Shown here: positions 20,134 to 29,660 of the stretch, one piece after another | How the letters are laid out: each line of letters opens with the position of its first letter | Position numbering within the stretch: the stretch's first letter is position 1 | From: an uncultured delta proteobacterium | Lineage (GTDB): Bacteria; Myxococcota_A; Polyangia; Polyangiales; Polyangiaceae | Assembly (NCBI GenBank): GCA_963696385.1 | Contig: CAVOKF010000001.1 | Span: 192,001 to 256,000 of the forward strand | Length of the DNA: 64,000 nt | Reading direction: 5' to 3' | Program-made: the position numbers and the translations under genes | Notes under the pieces: model-generated | What the model saw: only the letters and a program-made list of their open reading frames with translations | Database searches by the model: none | What the model was told of the DNA's origin: nothing

Positions 20134-21239
20134 GCGAGCCTCCGGCGAAAGCGCCACACGGCTATGGCCAGAAAAACTGTGGCGAATCCGGCGAGGGCTA
20201 CGACGTCGCGCCCGAGCACGTCGAGACCGTTGCCCTTGAGCAGGACTCCACGCAGCGTCGTGAGGTAGTAGCGGCCCGGCACGACCATCGAGAGAGCTTG
20301 CAGCCACCGAGGCATGTTCGCGATCGGAAACATGAAGCCGCTGATCATCGCGACTGGCATGTACGACATCATCAGCGCGAACTGCACGGCGACGAGCTGA
20401 CTTTTTGCGATGACGCTCGCGATGAGCCCCGACCCGAGCATCGCCAGCAAGAACAGCATCGAGCACCCGAAGAGCGTCAGGAGCGATCCGCGGATCGGGA
20501 CACCGAACATGTACGAACCGAGGGTGACGACGAGTAACGTTTGCACGAACCCGAGGCCGGCGTACGGCACGAGCTTGCCGGCGATGATCTCCGACCGCAA
20601 TACCGGTGTCGCGAAGAGCTGCTCCATGCTCCCGCGCTCCCACTCGCGGGCGATCGTCAGCGCTGTGAGGAGCGACGCGACCATCGCGAGGATGAGTACG
20701 ATGACACCCGATACCATGTTGTAGGTGGAGCGCATGGTCGGGTTGAACCGGGCCCGAATCTTCGGCCCACTGCTGAGCGAGGCTCGCACGGCGCGCACCG
20801 CCGACGTCGCTTGCAGGATGCCGGCGGCATCGCCCAGTGCGATCGTCGCGGTCGTCCCATCGCTGCCGTCCACGAGGAGCTGTACGGCCGCAGGAACGCC
20901 GCGCGCGAGGTCGCGCGCGAATTCCCGCGGAATGACGAGAACGGCCTTGACGCGCCCGGCGCGCAACGCGGCCTCGGCATCGTCGGGGGAGCCGAGATCG
21001 GCTTCGCGCACGAAGTCTCCTCCCGCCACGAGCGCTTGGCTCAGGCGCCGCGACGTGGGCGTCCCATCCTGATCGGCGACGGCCATCGGGATATGACCGA
21101 CGTCTTGTGAGATGCCGTAGCCGAAAAGCATCAGCATCACGACCGGCAGACCGAGGGCCATGTAGACCGCGCGCGCGTCGCGGATGATGTGCAGGACTTC
21201 CTTGTGCGCGACGGCCATCGTTCGGCGAAGCGACTTCAC
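20130..21239 (-). CDS. ABC-2 type permease (YbhS-like)
   Basis: KE..HI.RD, LFGYGI, AREWERGSMEQL..TP, SGF.FPI.NMP. Confidence 0.9.
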   Translation of the reverse strand: MKSLRRTMAVAHKEVLHIIRDARAVYMALGLPVVMLMLFGYGISQDVGHIPMAVADQDGTPTSRRLSQALVAGGDFVREADLGSPDDAEAALRAGRVKAVLVIPREFARDLARGVPAAVQLLVDGSDGTTATIALGDAAGILQATSAVRAVRASLSSGPKIRARFNPTMRSTYNMVSGVIVLILAMVASLLTALTIAREWERGSMEQLFATPVLRSEIIAGKLVPYAGLGFVQTLLVVTLGSYMFGVPIRGSLLTLFGCSMLFLLAMLGSGLIASVIAKSQLVAVQFALMMSYMPVAMISGFMFPIANMPRWLQALSMVVPGRYYLTTLRGVLLKGNGLDVLGRDVVALAGFATVFLAIAVWRFRRRLA

Positions 21240-22198
21240 GACGCCTTCGCTCCCCCGGGTGCGTGGCTCGGTTTTGCGGCGCCGACGACCTGCAGAAAGA
21301 CGTCCTCCAGGGTGACTTCGGCATCGATGACGCCCGTCACGCGCACCCCGCGGTCGGCGAGCGCAGCCCGCAGTTTTTCTGCGTCTGGCCCATCTTGGGC
21401 AACACGGACGTGAAGTGCCGCGCCGAACGGCTCGACGTCGAGCAGCGCAAGTTCGGTCGCGACCTTTTGCACCTCGGGCGCGGTAGTGCCTTGAACTTCG
21501 TACATCCGCCCGGGCACGATCGTCCGCTTCAAGCTCTCGGGTGTATCGAGCGCGGCGAGCTTGCCTGCGACCATCAGGCCGACGCGATCGCAGTATTCCG
21601 CTTCGTCCATGTAGTGAGTCGTGACGAAGATTGTCGTCCCGGCTTCCGCGAGGTGGCGGATGACGCGCCAAAACGTGCGGCGCGCCTCCGGATCGACACC
21701 GGCTGTCGGCTCGTCCAGGAAGACGACCTGCGGTTGGTGAAGAAGGGCGCACGCGAGAGCCAGGCGCTGCTGCAGGCCGCCCGGAAGCGACCCCGTCAAT
21801 TCACCCGAGAGGGTTTCGAGCGCAAGATCGTGCGTGACGGCGTCGCGTCGCGCACGAAAGACCTTGCCGAAGAGATCGTACGCTCCGCCGAAGAACTCCA
21901 GGTTCTCCGCAACCGTCAGATCGAGGTACAGCGAAAACTTCTGGGACATGTATCCGATGGCGTGGCGTACGGCACCGGGCTTGTGGACGACGTCGACTCC
22001 CGCGACGGTCGCCTCGCCGCTCGAGACGGAGAGCAGACCGCAGAGAATTCGAATCGTCGTCGACTTGCCGGCACCGTTTGCGCCCAGATAGCCGAAAATT
22101 TCCCCTTTTTTCACCTCGAAGGAAACGTCGTCCACGGCGACGAAGGCTCCGAACCGCTTCGTCACGGCCTTCACGCGAACCGAGACGTCTTCGCTCAC
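21236..22198 (-). CDS. ABC transporter ATP-binding protein
   Basis: GANGAGKST, YMSQKFSLY, FLDEPTAGVDP, TTHYMDEAE. Confidence 0.93.
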   Translation of the reverse strand: MSEDVSVRVKAVTKRFGAFVAVDDVSFEVKKGEIFGYLGANGAGKSTTIRILCGLLSVSSGEATVAGVDVVHKPGAVRHAIGYMSQKFSLYLDLTVAENLEFFGGAYDLFGKVFRARRDAVTHDLALETLSGELTGSLPGGLQQRLALACALLHQPQVVFLDEPTAGVDPEARRTFWRVIRHLAEAGTTIFVTTHYMDEAEYCDRVGLMVAGKLAALDTPESLKRTIVPGRMYEVQGTTAPEVQKVATELALLDVEPFGAALHVRVAQDGPDAEKLRAALADRGVRVTGVIDAEVTLEDVFLQVVGAAKPSHAPGGAKAS

Positions 22199-23151
22199 GA
22201 AACGCTCTTCTTTTCGTGCACGGATTCTGCGCGCTCGCGCAGACGCGTCAGAAATAGATCCTCGAAGGTCGCCGTCGCCGGGGAGGTCGTGGCGCCCAGA
22301 ACCGACAGGGTCTTGAGCACGGCTTGCTGGCGGTCCTTCCGAACGACGACACGCAGCTCGGCTCCCGCCGGCGTGGACGCCAGCACATCGGCGTCCTTCT
22401 CGATGGCCTCGGCGACCTTGCTGCGCTCGCCGTGCACGCGAAAGACGGGATGCGCGAAGGCTCGGAGCATTTCGCTCGGCTCACCTTCCTCGAGCAGTCG
22501 TCCCTCGAAGAGCAGGCCCGCACGGTGGCAGCGCGCAGCCTCGTCCATCGTTGGCGTGGCGATCAGGATGGCCATCCCCTCGGAGAGGAAATCATGCAGA
22601 AGGTTCCAGAAGTCGCGGCGGCTCACCGGATCGACGCCGTTGGTCGGCTCGTCGAGCAAGAGGACCTTGGGTTCGTTCAAGAGCGCGCACGACAGCGCGA
22701 GCTTCTTGTACATGCCGCCGGACAGGGCCTCGGCGCGCCGGTCCTTGAACTCGCCGAGGCGCGTGATCGCGAGGAGCCGATCGCGACGCGTGCGGAACGC
22801 CTCGCGCGACAGGCAGAACATCTCTCGAAAGAAGGCGAGGTTCTCGGCCACGGTCAGGTCCCCGTAGAGGCTGTACTGCTGCGGCATGTACCCGAGCGTT
22901 TCGCGCACACGGGCATCGTTGCCGAAGGGGTCGAGCCCGACGAGGCGGACCTGGCCGCCGGAAGGGTCGAGCAGTCCGGCGATCATTCGCAGGGTCGTCG
23001 TCTTGCCTGCGCCGTCGGGCCCGACGAGGCCGTAGATCTCGCCGGCGGTCACGCGCAGGGACAGCCCGTCGACCGCTTTTTTCACCTTATTTTTCGCCTT
23101 GAAGGTGCGTCGTAGATCGGTCGCCTCGATCCGCAGCTGCGCCTCGGTCAT
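22195..23151 (-). CDS. ABC transporter ATP-binding protein
   Basis: GPDGAGKTT, LSGGM, LLDEPTNGVDP. Confidence 0.93.
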   Translation of the reverse strand: MTEAQLRIEATDLRRTFKAKNKVKKAVDGLSLRVTAGEIYGLVGPDGAGKTTTLRMIAGLLDPSGGQVRLVGLDPFGNDARVRETLGYMPQQYSLYGDLTVAENLAFFREMFCLSREAFRTRRDRLLAITRLGEFKDRRAEALSGGMYKKLALSCALLNEPKVLLLDEPTNGVDPVSRRDFWNLLHDFLSEGMAILIATPTMDEAARCHRAGLLFEGRLLEEGEPSEMLRAFAHPVFRVHGERSKVAEAIEKDADVLASTPAGAELRVVVRKDRQQAVLKTLSVLGATTSPATATFEDLFLTRLRERAESVHEKKSVS

Positions 23152-24194
23152 TGCCAGCTGCCTTCGATCGTGATTTCGACGGGCATCCCCGACCGCAGCC
23201 GCATGTCCGCGTTCGGGATGCGAACTTCCACCGCATAGACCAAGCGCTCGCGGTCCTCCCGGGTCTGAACGTTGCGCGGCGTGAATTCGGCGCGTGGCGA
23301 AACGTAGAAGATCGTGCCTTCGAAGATCTGCCCCGGATAGGCATCCGCGACGACCTGAACCTTCCGACCCGGCGCCGCGGCGGCGAGCTCCGCGTTGGGA
23401 AGGTAAAAGCGCGTGCGCCCCTCGGTCACGTCGGTCAGCGCGATGACGTTGGTGCCCGGTTGCACGGCTTCGCCGGGACGGAAATTGAGCGAGACGACCA
23501 TCGCATCTCGCGGCGCGAGCAACTTGCACTCGCCCACCGTGACCTGCGCGCCGAGGACCGCCGCTCTCGCGGCTTCGACACTGTCTTCGGCAGCGATGGC
23601 CTTCGATTTCGCCTCCGTGCCCGAGGCCCAGAGTGCGCCGGCCTGGTCTTGGATCATCGACTCGATGGCGTGCTGTTCGGCAATCTGATTTTCCACCGCG
23701 AGCTCCTTCGAGCGGGCTTCGTCGAGCGCCGACGCGGAAAGTGTCCCACGCTCCACGAGCTGCTCGGTTCGCAGAAGTTCGAGCCGCGAAAGCTCCTCCT
23801 GGGCCTTGAGGACATCGATTTGCGACCGGGCCGCAGTGACGTTTTGAGAGGCGCCCGTCGCGTTCTGCGACGCCGATTTCACGTTCGATTGCGCGGCTTT
23901 GTGGCTCGACTGCTCGGCCGCGAGCTGGGCTTTCAACTGACTGAGCGTCGCTTCCGCCTCGGTGCAATCGAGCTCCACGAGGACGTCGCCCTGCTTGACC
24001 ATGTCGCCCTCGCGCACGTCGAGCTTCACGATTCGGGCGGCGATGCGGCTCGTGGCGTTGACGTCGACGCCCTCGATGACGCCGCTGCCGCCGGCGGGCC
24101 CGTGCTCGGCGGCGCGAAGATGCCGCACCAAGACGAGCAGAGCGACGAGCAGGCCACCGGCCAGGATGCTGATGAGGATCAGAGCCCGCTTCAT
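23148..24194 (-). CDS. HlyD/YbhG-family membrane fusion protein
   Basis: N-terminal TM, SG.IE, REGD.V..G, coiled coil, AEFTP.NVQT.E.R..LVY, L..GMP; sigma-54-like TGGCACCCGGCGTGCA at 24291-24306 (minus). Confidence 0.9.
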   Translation of the reverse strand: MKRALILISILAGGLLVALLVLVRHLRAAEHGPAGGSGVIEGVDVNATSRIAARIVKLDVREGDMVKQGDVLVELDCTEAEATLSQLKAQLAAEQSSHKAAQSNVKSASQNATGASQNVTAARSQIDVLKAQEELSRLELLRTEQLVERGTLSASALDEARSKELAVENQIAEQHAIESMIQDQAGALWASGTEAKSKAIAAEDSVEAARAAVLGAQVTVGECKLLAPRDAMVVSLNFRPGEAVQPGTNVIALTDVTEGRTRFYLPNAELAAAAPGRKVQVVADAYPGQIFEGTIFYVSPRAEFTPRNVQTREDRERLVYAVEVRIPNADMRLRSGMPVEITIEGSWQ

Positions 24195-24565
24195 GACGGT
24201 TGCTTCGAGATATCCCGGCCTGTGGCGTGATCGACGCGTGCCATCGCCTTGGTCGGCTCCTTCGAGGGTCTGCTTCTTGCGTGCGCTTCTTGCACGCCGG
24301 GTGCCAGCACACCGCACGAAGGCGCTCGCGCGATGCCAGAAACCGCTGCGGCTTGAGACGCGGGTGCTGGACAACGTCTCCCGACGGCGCAGGCTCGTCA
24401 CGCATGATACGGAGGTATTTTCTCGTATAGAAGCGCAAGCCGTATAGAAGCGTCGCGCCGAAGAACGCCGCCGAACGTGGAACGGAGGTGTGGCTCCCAA
24501 GGCGAAGTGCGAAGACGGATGCGCTTTAGCAGGCATTTTGCCAAATGCGCCGAATCTTCGCGGAA

Positions 24566-25255
24566 TCACCGAGTCGCAGCGGGAGCTGGGAACCCAATCT
24601 CTTGCAGTAACCCCTTTAGGCCGTTCCAGCCAATCTGCACCCCGATGCTCAGCACGATGAATGCCGACAAGCGCAATACGACGAGCATGCCGCGGCGTCC
24701 GATGCGGGCGGCGAAGCGCTTCGCATAGCGGTAGGTGAGCAGGATGGACAACGCGACGACGCCGCAGCCGATGACGGCGGCCAAGATCTGGATCAACAAA
24801 CGATTGAGAGTGTGTGCGTGGTTGGCGCCGATCGCGACGGCCACCGACATGACGCCCGGATCGACCGTCAGCGGCATCGTGAGCGGGTAGAACGATCGCG
24901 CGAGTGCGGCGGCCGAGGCTTCGCGGGGATCGACCTTCATTTCGGATCGGTTCGCATCGTCGTTCAGGAGCTTCCAGCCGAGCGAGCACACGAGCGCGCC
25001 ACCCGCGACCTGAATGACCGCTACGGACAATTCGAACAGGCGCAGCACGAGCGAACCGAACAGCATGGATCCGAACAACAGCGCGAACGAGTAGACGGAG
25101 ATCACCTTGGCCAGTGTGGTGCGCGTCGCGTCATCGCAGCCGGCCGTCATGCGCAGAAACAGGGGTGCGTCACCCACGGGATTGACGACGGGGAGAATGG
25201 CGCCGACGATCAGTAGGACCGCCCCTAGCAGTTGAGTGCAGTCGGTCCAGACCAT
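24566..25255 (-). CDS. MarC-family integral membrane protein
   Basis: VNPVG..P.FL, FG..VL.LF, AGG, FYPLTMPL...PG, RL.AFI..SIGVQI. Confidence 0.9.
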   Translation of the reverse strand: MVWTDCTQLLGAVLLIVGAILPVVNPVGDAPLFLRMTAGCDDATRTTLAKVISVYSFALLFGSMLFGSLVLRLFELSVAVIQVAGGALVCSLGWKLLNDDANRSEMKVDPREASAAALARSFYPLTMPLTVDPGVMSVAVAIGANHAHTLNRLLIQILAAVIGCGVVALSILLTYRYAKRFAARIGRRGMLVVLRLSAFIVLSIGVQIGWNGLKGLLQEIGFPAPAATR

Positions 25256-25363
25256 GCCCTACGCAACCCTCCTCGGCTGAGTATCGCAGTCCACCGACGA
25301 GCGCCACGCATCCGAGCTCGCGCTGCTGCGCCCCGCCCGTCTTTGCCGCCCGCCCCGCCGCGC

Positions 25364-25452
25364 CCTCACGAGAAGAGAGCGAGAGGCCAATCTCACGACA
25401 GCGAGACGGGCACGAAAGCGAGACGGGCCATCCTCACGAGAGCGAAGACGGG
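25364..25452 (+). repeat. Imperfect about-17-bp tandem repeat (CACGANAGCGAGACGGG), 3-4 copies
   Basis: Copies at 25394-25410, 25411-25427 and 25435-25452; degenerate copy at 25367. Confidence 0.6.
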
Positions 25453-25476
25453 AGCCGTTCGGTGTCGGTGCGCCGT

Positions 25477-25866
25477 TTACCAGGGTTCGCGGCAGACGAG
25501 GCCCCCCGACGAGGACAGCGAGATCGCCGTCAATCCCAAGTCGGCTCGGGTGAGCTGCTGCCCTCGGGCCGGGCACAGGCTGAGCGAGTAGGGCGGCAGG
25601 ATCGGCCCGCTCGGCGGCGGCTCCCAAACGGTGACGGGTGCGCGCACTTCGTTCGGAATGCAGGGCGGCAACTGACCGCGCAAGACTTGTCCTTGCGGAA
25701 AGCTGGCGCGTTCGCAAGCGTCGTGACCGTTGGCAATCACGTCGTGCACTCGCGACTCCGGAGTCGCGCCGCCAAGCACCGGGGCGTTGGCCAGTCCGAC
25801 TTGAAGGTTTGAGCTGCAGCCGACGAGGCATGCACACGCTACAAGGCAATAACGGATTCGATCCAC
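25477..25866 (-). CDS. Hypothetical lipoprotein
   Basis: CLVACACLVGC lipobox-like; GGAG upstream. Confidence 0.5.
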   Translation of the reverse strand: MDRIRYCLVACACLVGCSSNLQVGLANAPVLGGATPESRVHDVIANGHDACERASFPQGQVLRGQLPPCIPNEVRAPVTVWEPPPSGPILPPYSLSLCPARGQQLTRADLGLTAISLSSSGGLVCREPW

Positions 25867-26166
25867 CCATGGCGAACGCTCCTTGACGCAAGACGCGCCT
25901 TGAAACGAGCCTGTTGCGACCTACCCCTAGTGTAAGACTGAAAGGGTCGAGTGCCCGTTAACCGATCGAAATAAGCTTGTTGCACTTGCTGAGCTCGAGC
26001 CCTCGTAGCTCGAGCGGGCGAGGGCATCGCGATAAGCGGCGGTGCGCAGGCGCTCGCGCTGTGCGGTCGACGTGAGGCGGCAGGCTCAGCCGCAATGGGT
26101 GCGACGGGCACGGCTTATGCTGCCGGGGGGTGCAGGATCGCATAGGAGGAGGTTCAACGTGAAACC

Positions 26167-26268
26167 ATGAACCGGTTCCGAGTGGCGCCAGGGCACAAGC
26201 TACGACTGAACGACGTCGATCCGGGGTTCACGGATCACCACGGTGGAAGTGACTTGGAAGCAGAATGA
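26167..26268 (+). pseudogene. Polyphosphate kinase 2-like N-terminal relic (33 aa minigene)
   Basis: MNRFRVAPGHKLRLNDVDPGFT resembles PPK2 class III N-termini; AGGAGG RBS; sigma-54-like GGGCACGGCTTATGC at 26106; ATGA overlap with the MFS gene. Confidence 0.55.
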
Positions 26269-27563
26269 AGGACACGGGCAGCGACGCCCTTTCGAGCACG
26301 GAGCGACGACTCATCCTTCTCCTCGGCGTTCCGAGTGCCGGGCTGTCGGCGTGCCTTACGGTCCTCTCCACGTACGTTCCGGTGCTGGCGCGCCGGTTTA
26401 CCGCGTCGACCGCAGTCATTGGCGTGCTCGTCGGGGGCGAGGGGCTCATCGCGGTGCTCATCCCCGTCTGGGTGGGCCGATTCTCGGATCACTCCGACAC
26501 TCGGTGGGGTCGCCGCGTCCCGTTCCTGTTGGCGACCGCGCCCGTCGCGGCCCTGGCGCTCGCCTTGGTGCCCTTCGCGCCGTCGCTGTCCGTCATGGCC
26601 GTGGAGGTGTTCTTCTTTTATCTCGCGTACTTCACGTACTTCGCGCCGTACCAAGCTCTCTACCCCGACCTCGTCTCGGAGGCTGCGAGTGGCCGAGCGC
26701 AGGGAATCCAGGGCGTCTTCAGCGAGGTCGGTCTCGGCTTGGCGCTCGTCGGTGGAGGGTTTTTGCTCTCGCTGTGGCGGCCGCTGCCTTACCTAGGCGC
26801 GGCGGCCACGCTGCTTCTGTCGACGGTCGTCCTCGTGCGGGGGCTCAGCATTGGCGGGCAAGCTCAGCGGGGTCCCGCTTCCAAGCGCGATCGACGCTCG
26901 CCTGCTGCGGAGGTCTGGGCGCTTCTGCGCGGCCATCGCGAGATCCGAACCTTCGTGTTCGGCAACGCACTTCTGACGCTCGGCCTCGGGGGTCTCAAAA
27001 GTTTCGTCGTGCTTTGGCTGACCGAGGGGCTCGGCAAGAGCATGAATTTCACCGCGGGCGCGATGAGCGTGGTCGCGCTCGGAACGGTCCTCGGCGCGTT
27101 GGTGTCCGGCAAACTCGCGGACCGAACCGGTACGGGCCCCGTCCTTTGCATCGCTCTCGCCGTGTTCGGCATCGGGATCGCCCTCGGTACCTGGTCGAGG
27201 TCCACGGTCCTGCTCGGCATCGCGTTTCCGATCATCGCGCTCTCTGCGGGGGCGGCGGTGGCCTTGCCCTACGCGTTGCTCATGCAACTGATGCAGTCGC
27301 GTCACCATGGCACGATGGCCGGTCTCTACGACGTGAGTAGCGGCGTCGGGACGCTCCTCGGGCCGACGATCACCGGTGTGGCCATCGATCTCTTGCGGCC
27401 GCAATTCGCGTCTACGCACGGATATGCGGCGATGTGGCCCGTGCTCAGCGTGTCGATCCTCGCCAGCGCGGTGATGCTGTGGCATGCCGCCGCGCTCGGG
27501 CGTTCTCCAGGCCCATCCGTCTTTGCGTCGCAGCGGCCGTCGCAGCGGCCTACCGCTCGGTAG
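26265..27563 (+). CDS. MFS transporter
   Basis: About 12 hydrophobic segments; GRFSD...TRWGRR.PF; G.LADR.G. Confidence 0.9.
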   Translation: MKDTGSDALSSTERRLILLLGVPSAGLSACLTVLSTYVPVLARRFTASTAVIGVLVGGEGLIAVLIPVWVGRFSDHSDTRWGRRVPFLLATAPVAALALALVPFAPSLSVMAVEVFFFYLAYFTYFAPYQALYPDLVSEAASGRAQGIQGVFSEVGLGLALVGGGFLLSLWRPLPYLGAAATLLLSTVVLVRGLSIGGQAQRGPASKRDRRSPAAEVWALLRGHREIRTFVFGNALLTLGLGGLKSFVVLWLTEGLGKSMNFTAGAMSVVALGTVLGALVSGKLADRTGTGPVLCIALAVFGIGIALGTWSRSTVLLGIAFPIIALSAGAAVALPYALLMQLMQSRHHGTMAGLYDVSSGVGTLLGPTITGVAIDLLRPQFASTHGYAAMWPVLSVSILASAVMLWHAAALGRSPGPSVFASQRPSQRPTAR

Positions 27564-27802
27564 GCCTGCGATCGGACGGCAGGCCGTGCCTGCGAGGTCT
27601 TTGCGGTTTGCAAAGAGTCGGCAATGCGCGAAGCGCGCGGTCGGTCGCTCAGTCGGTCCACGTCCGTCGATAACCAAGGCCGAACCAAGCACCGCCGCAT
27701 CCCGTTCGTCCCCGCACCCATCGAGGCACCCTCGGCGCTTGGATCGCGCCGGTCCGACGGGCGACTCGTGCGGCAGGTATGCCAATTGCAGAAGAGCGCC
27801 CC

Positions 27803-27973
27803 ATGCGACAAACGCTAACCTGGACGGCCATGGTGTTCGCCATCTCCGCCTCCGCCTGCTGGCACGAAGACCGGCCCGGCGCGGCGTACTACGATCACCA
27901 CCACGACGGCGACCACCACGATCAAGGCGACCATCACGACGACCATCACGACGACCATCACGACCAGCACTGA
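27803..27973 (+). CDS. Small His/Asp-rich lipoprotein (56 aa)
   Basis: Signal ending ASAC, then DHHHDGDHHDQGDHHDDHHDDHHDQH; AGGTATGCCAATTGCA motif at 27775. Confidence 0.65.
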   Translation: MRQTLTWTAMVFAISASACWHEDRPGAAYYDHHHDGDHHDQGDHHDDHHDDHHDQH

Positions 27974-28128
27974 GGTTTGCCGGACCCTTCGAACCGGCAC
28001 GCGAGCGGGTCGACTTGCGATGTCAACGAACAGGGCCCCGACGATCGCGCGCCGCAACCGCTGAACGCGCCACGCGCACAGCGGCCCGCTCCTTGCTCCG
28101 TGCTTCGTCCACGAAAGGCTGGTGGACC

Positions 28129-28422
28129 ATGACCCTCTTGGAATTCATCGTGTACCTCGTCATCGCTGGTGTCTGCGGAGCCATTGCGCGGGCCGTGGCA
28201 GGGGGTAGCGGGGGCGGGTTCGTCATCTCCCTGCTCGTCGGCTTCCTCGGCGCCTTCGTCGGTACCTGGCTGGGGCGTCAGTTCCATCTGCCGGCGTTCG
28301 TCGTCGTGAGCATCGGCGGGCATCCCTTCCCGATCGTATGGTCCATCGTCGGCGGCATTGTGCTCGTAGCCCTCGCGCAGATGTTCGTGCGACCGCGCTA
28401 CATCCATCGCTACGGGGAGTGA
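28129..28422 (+). CDS. GlsB/YeaQ/YmgE-family stress membrane protein
   Basis: IAG..GAIAR...G...GG...S..VG.LGAF.G.WL...I.G.I.LV. Confidence 0.85.
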   Translation: MTLLEFIVYLVIAGVCGAIARAVAGGSGGGFVISLLVGFLGAFVGTWLGRQFHLPAFVVVSIGGHPFPIVWSIVGGIVLVALAQMFVRPRYIHRYGE

Positions 28423-28479
28423 CGGGCGGCCTTGACTCGGCTTTGCTCTTCCTGCAAGCGATCCCGCGTAGTGAGCCTT

Positions 28480-29349
28480 CTAGCCGACTCGACCCGTGAC
28501 GCACTTCTCGATGCGCGCCAAGCGAGTCAGAAGGCCGGCTTCGAATTCTTCGACCTTGCAATGCAGCGCGGCGACCTCGAGCTCTGCCTTGAGGTTCACG
28601 CGGTATTCGATGTCGTTGCGAGCCCGGTCGCGCGCAACCTGGCGGTTTTGCGACAGAAGCACGAAGACCGAGAGAATGATGGCCTCCAAAGAGACCGCCA
28701 TCGTGAGCAGCCCGAATGGATACGGGTCCCAACCCCCAAAAGGGGTATGCGACAAGGGGCCGACGTTGTCGGCAATCCACAAGAGGAAGACGAGGCAGTG
28801 AATGAGAAGAAAGGGAATGCTGCCGGAGAACTCGCTAATCGTGTCGGCTACCTTCATCACGCGCGTCCGACGGTCCTGCTCCTCTTCATTGAAATTTCGC
28901 GACGCGGGGTGGCGCAGCAGCCGCGCGGACTCGCGCAGCCGCTTTCCGGTCGCCGCCAAGAGGTCGAGCGCGGCGGGGGGATGCACCCTCAGGAATTCGT
29001 CGAGATCGCCCCGGTCGACGACGAGTGCCTCGACGTCGTCGGTCGCCATCGCCGACGCTGTGCGGGGACCGCCGTCGAGGAGCGACAGCTCACCAAAGAA
29101 ATCACCCGCCCGCACCGTTTCGATGACAATGCGGTCGCCAAAATCGTTCGTGAGCGACATCTCGACCTCGCCCGATCGCAGGACGAAGAGGGCATCGCCC
29201 GGCTCGCCGATGCGGAAGATGAGCGTCCCTCGCGGGAATGTCACGACGTCCAGACGCTCGGCAAGCGCCGAGCGCTCGTTGTCGTCAAGCAAGGCGAAGA
29301 GCGGGATGTCGGCGAGAAGATCGACGGAGGTGACCATGGGTCCGCCCAT
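28480..29349 (-). CDS. cNMP-binding + DUF1003 membrane protein
   Basis: IPLF, GEPGD, GDFFGELSLLDGGPRTASA; then DPYPFGLLT..VSLEAI.LS.FVL.SQNR. Confidence 0.88.
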   Translation of the reverse strand: MGGPMVTSVDLLADIPLFALLDDNERSALAERLDVVTFPRGTLIFRIGEPGDALFVLRSGEVEMSLTNDFGDRIVIETVRAGDFFGELSLLDGGPRTASAMATDDVEALVVDRGDLDEFLRVHPPAALDLLAATGKRLRESARLLRHPASRNFNEEEQDRRTRVMKVADTISEFSGSIPFLLIHCLVFLLWIADNVGPLSHTPFGGWDPYPFGLLTMAVSLEAIILSVFVLLSQNRQVARDRARNDIEYRVNLKAELEVAALHCKVEEFEAGLLTRLARIEKCVTGRVG

Positions 29350-29660
29350 GTTGAGTCCAAACTCGCGACGACGGCCAGTCCTTCTATGGATCCGTCAGTC
29401 ACCCGGCCGTTTGTTTCAGGCCCTCTTCGCGATTGCGCATGATCTGCGCCGATCGACGACGCTTCCGCGACGGCGGTCGGCCGCTGTCTCCGAAGCAAGA
29501 GGCAGTCCACCCATATAGGTAAAACGGCACGCGCCTAGCCGCACTCCGACCCCGGCGACGACGACCCCCCCGCGTCCTTGGCATGAGTTCTGCGAGTGCC
29601 GTCTCGGCGCCGCGATCGCGTTGGGTTCCGACGCGCGCGGCCTAGAGTGAGTTTGTCACC

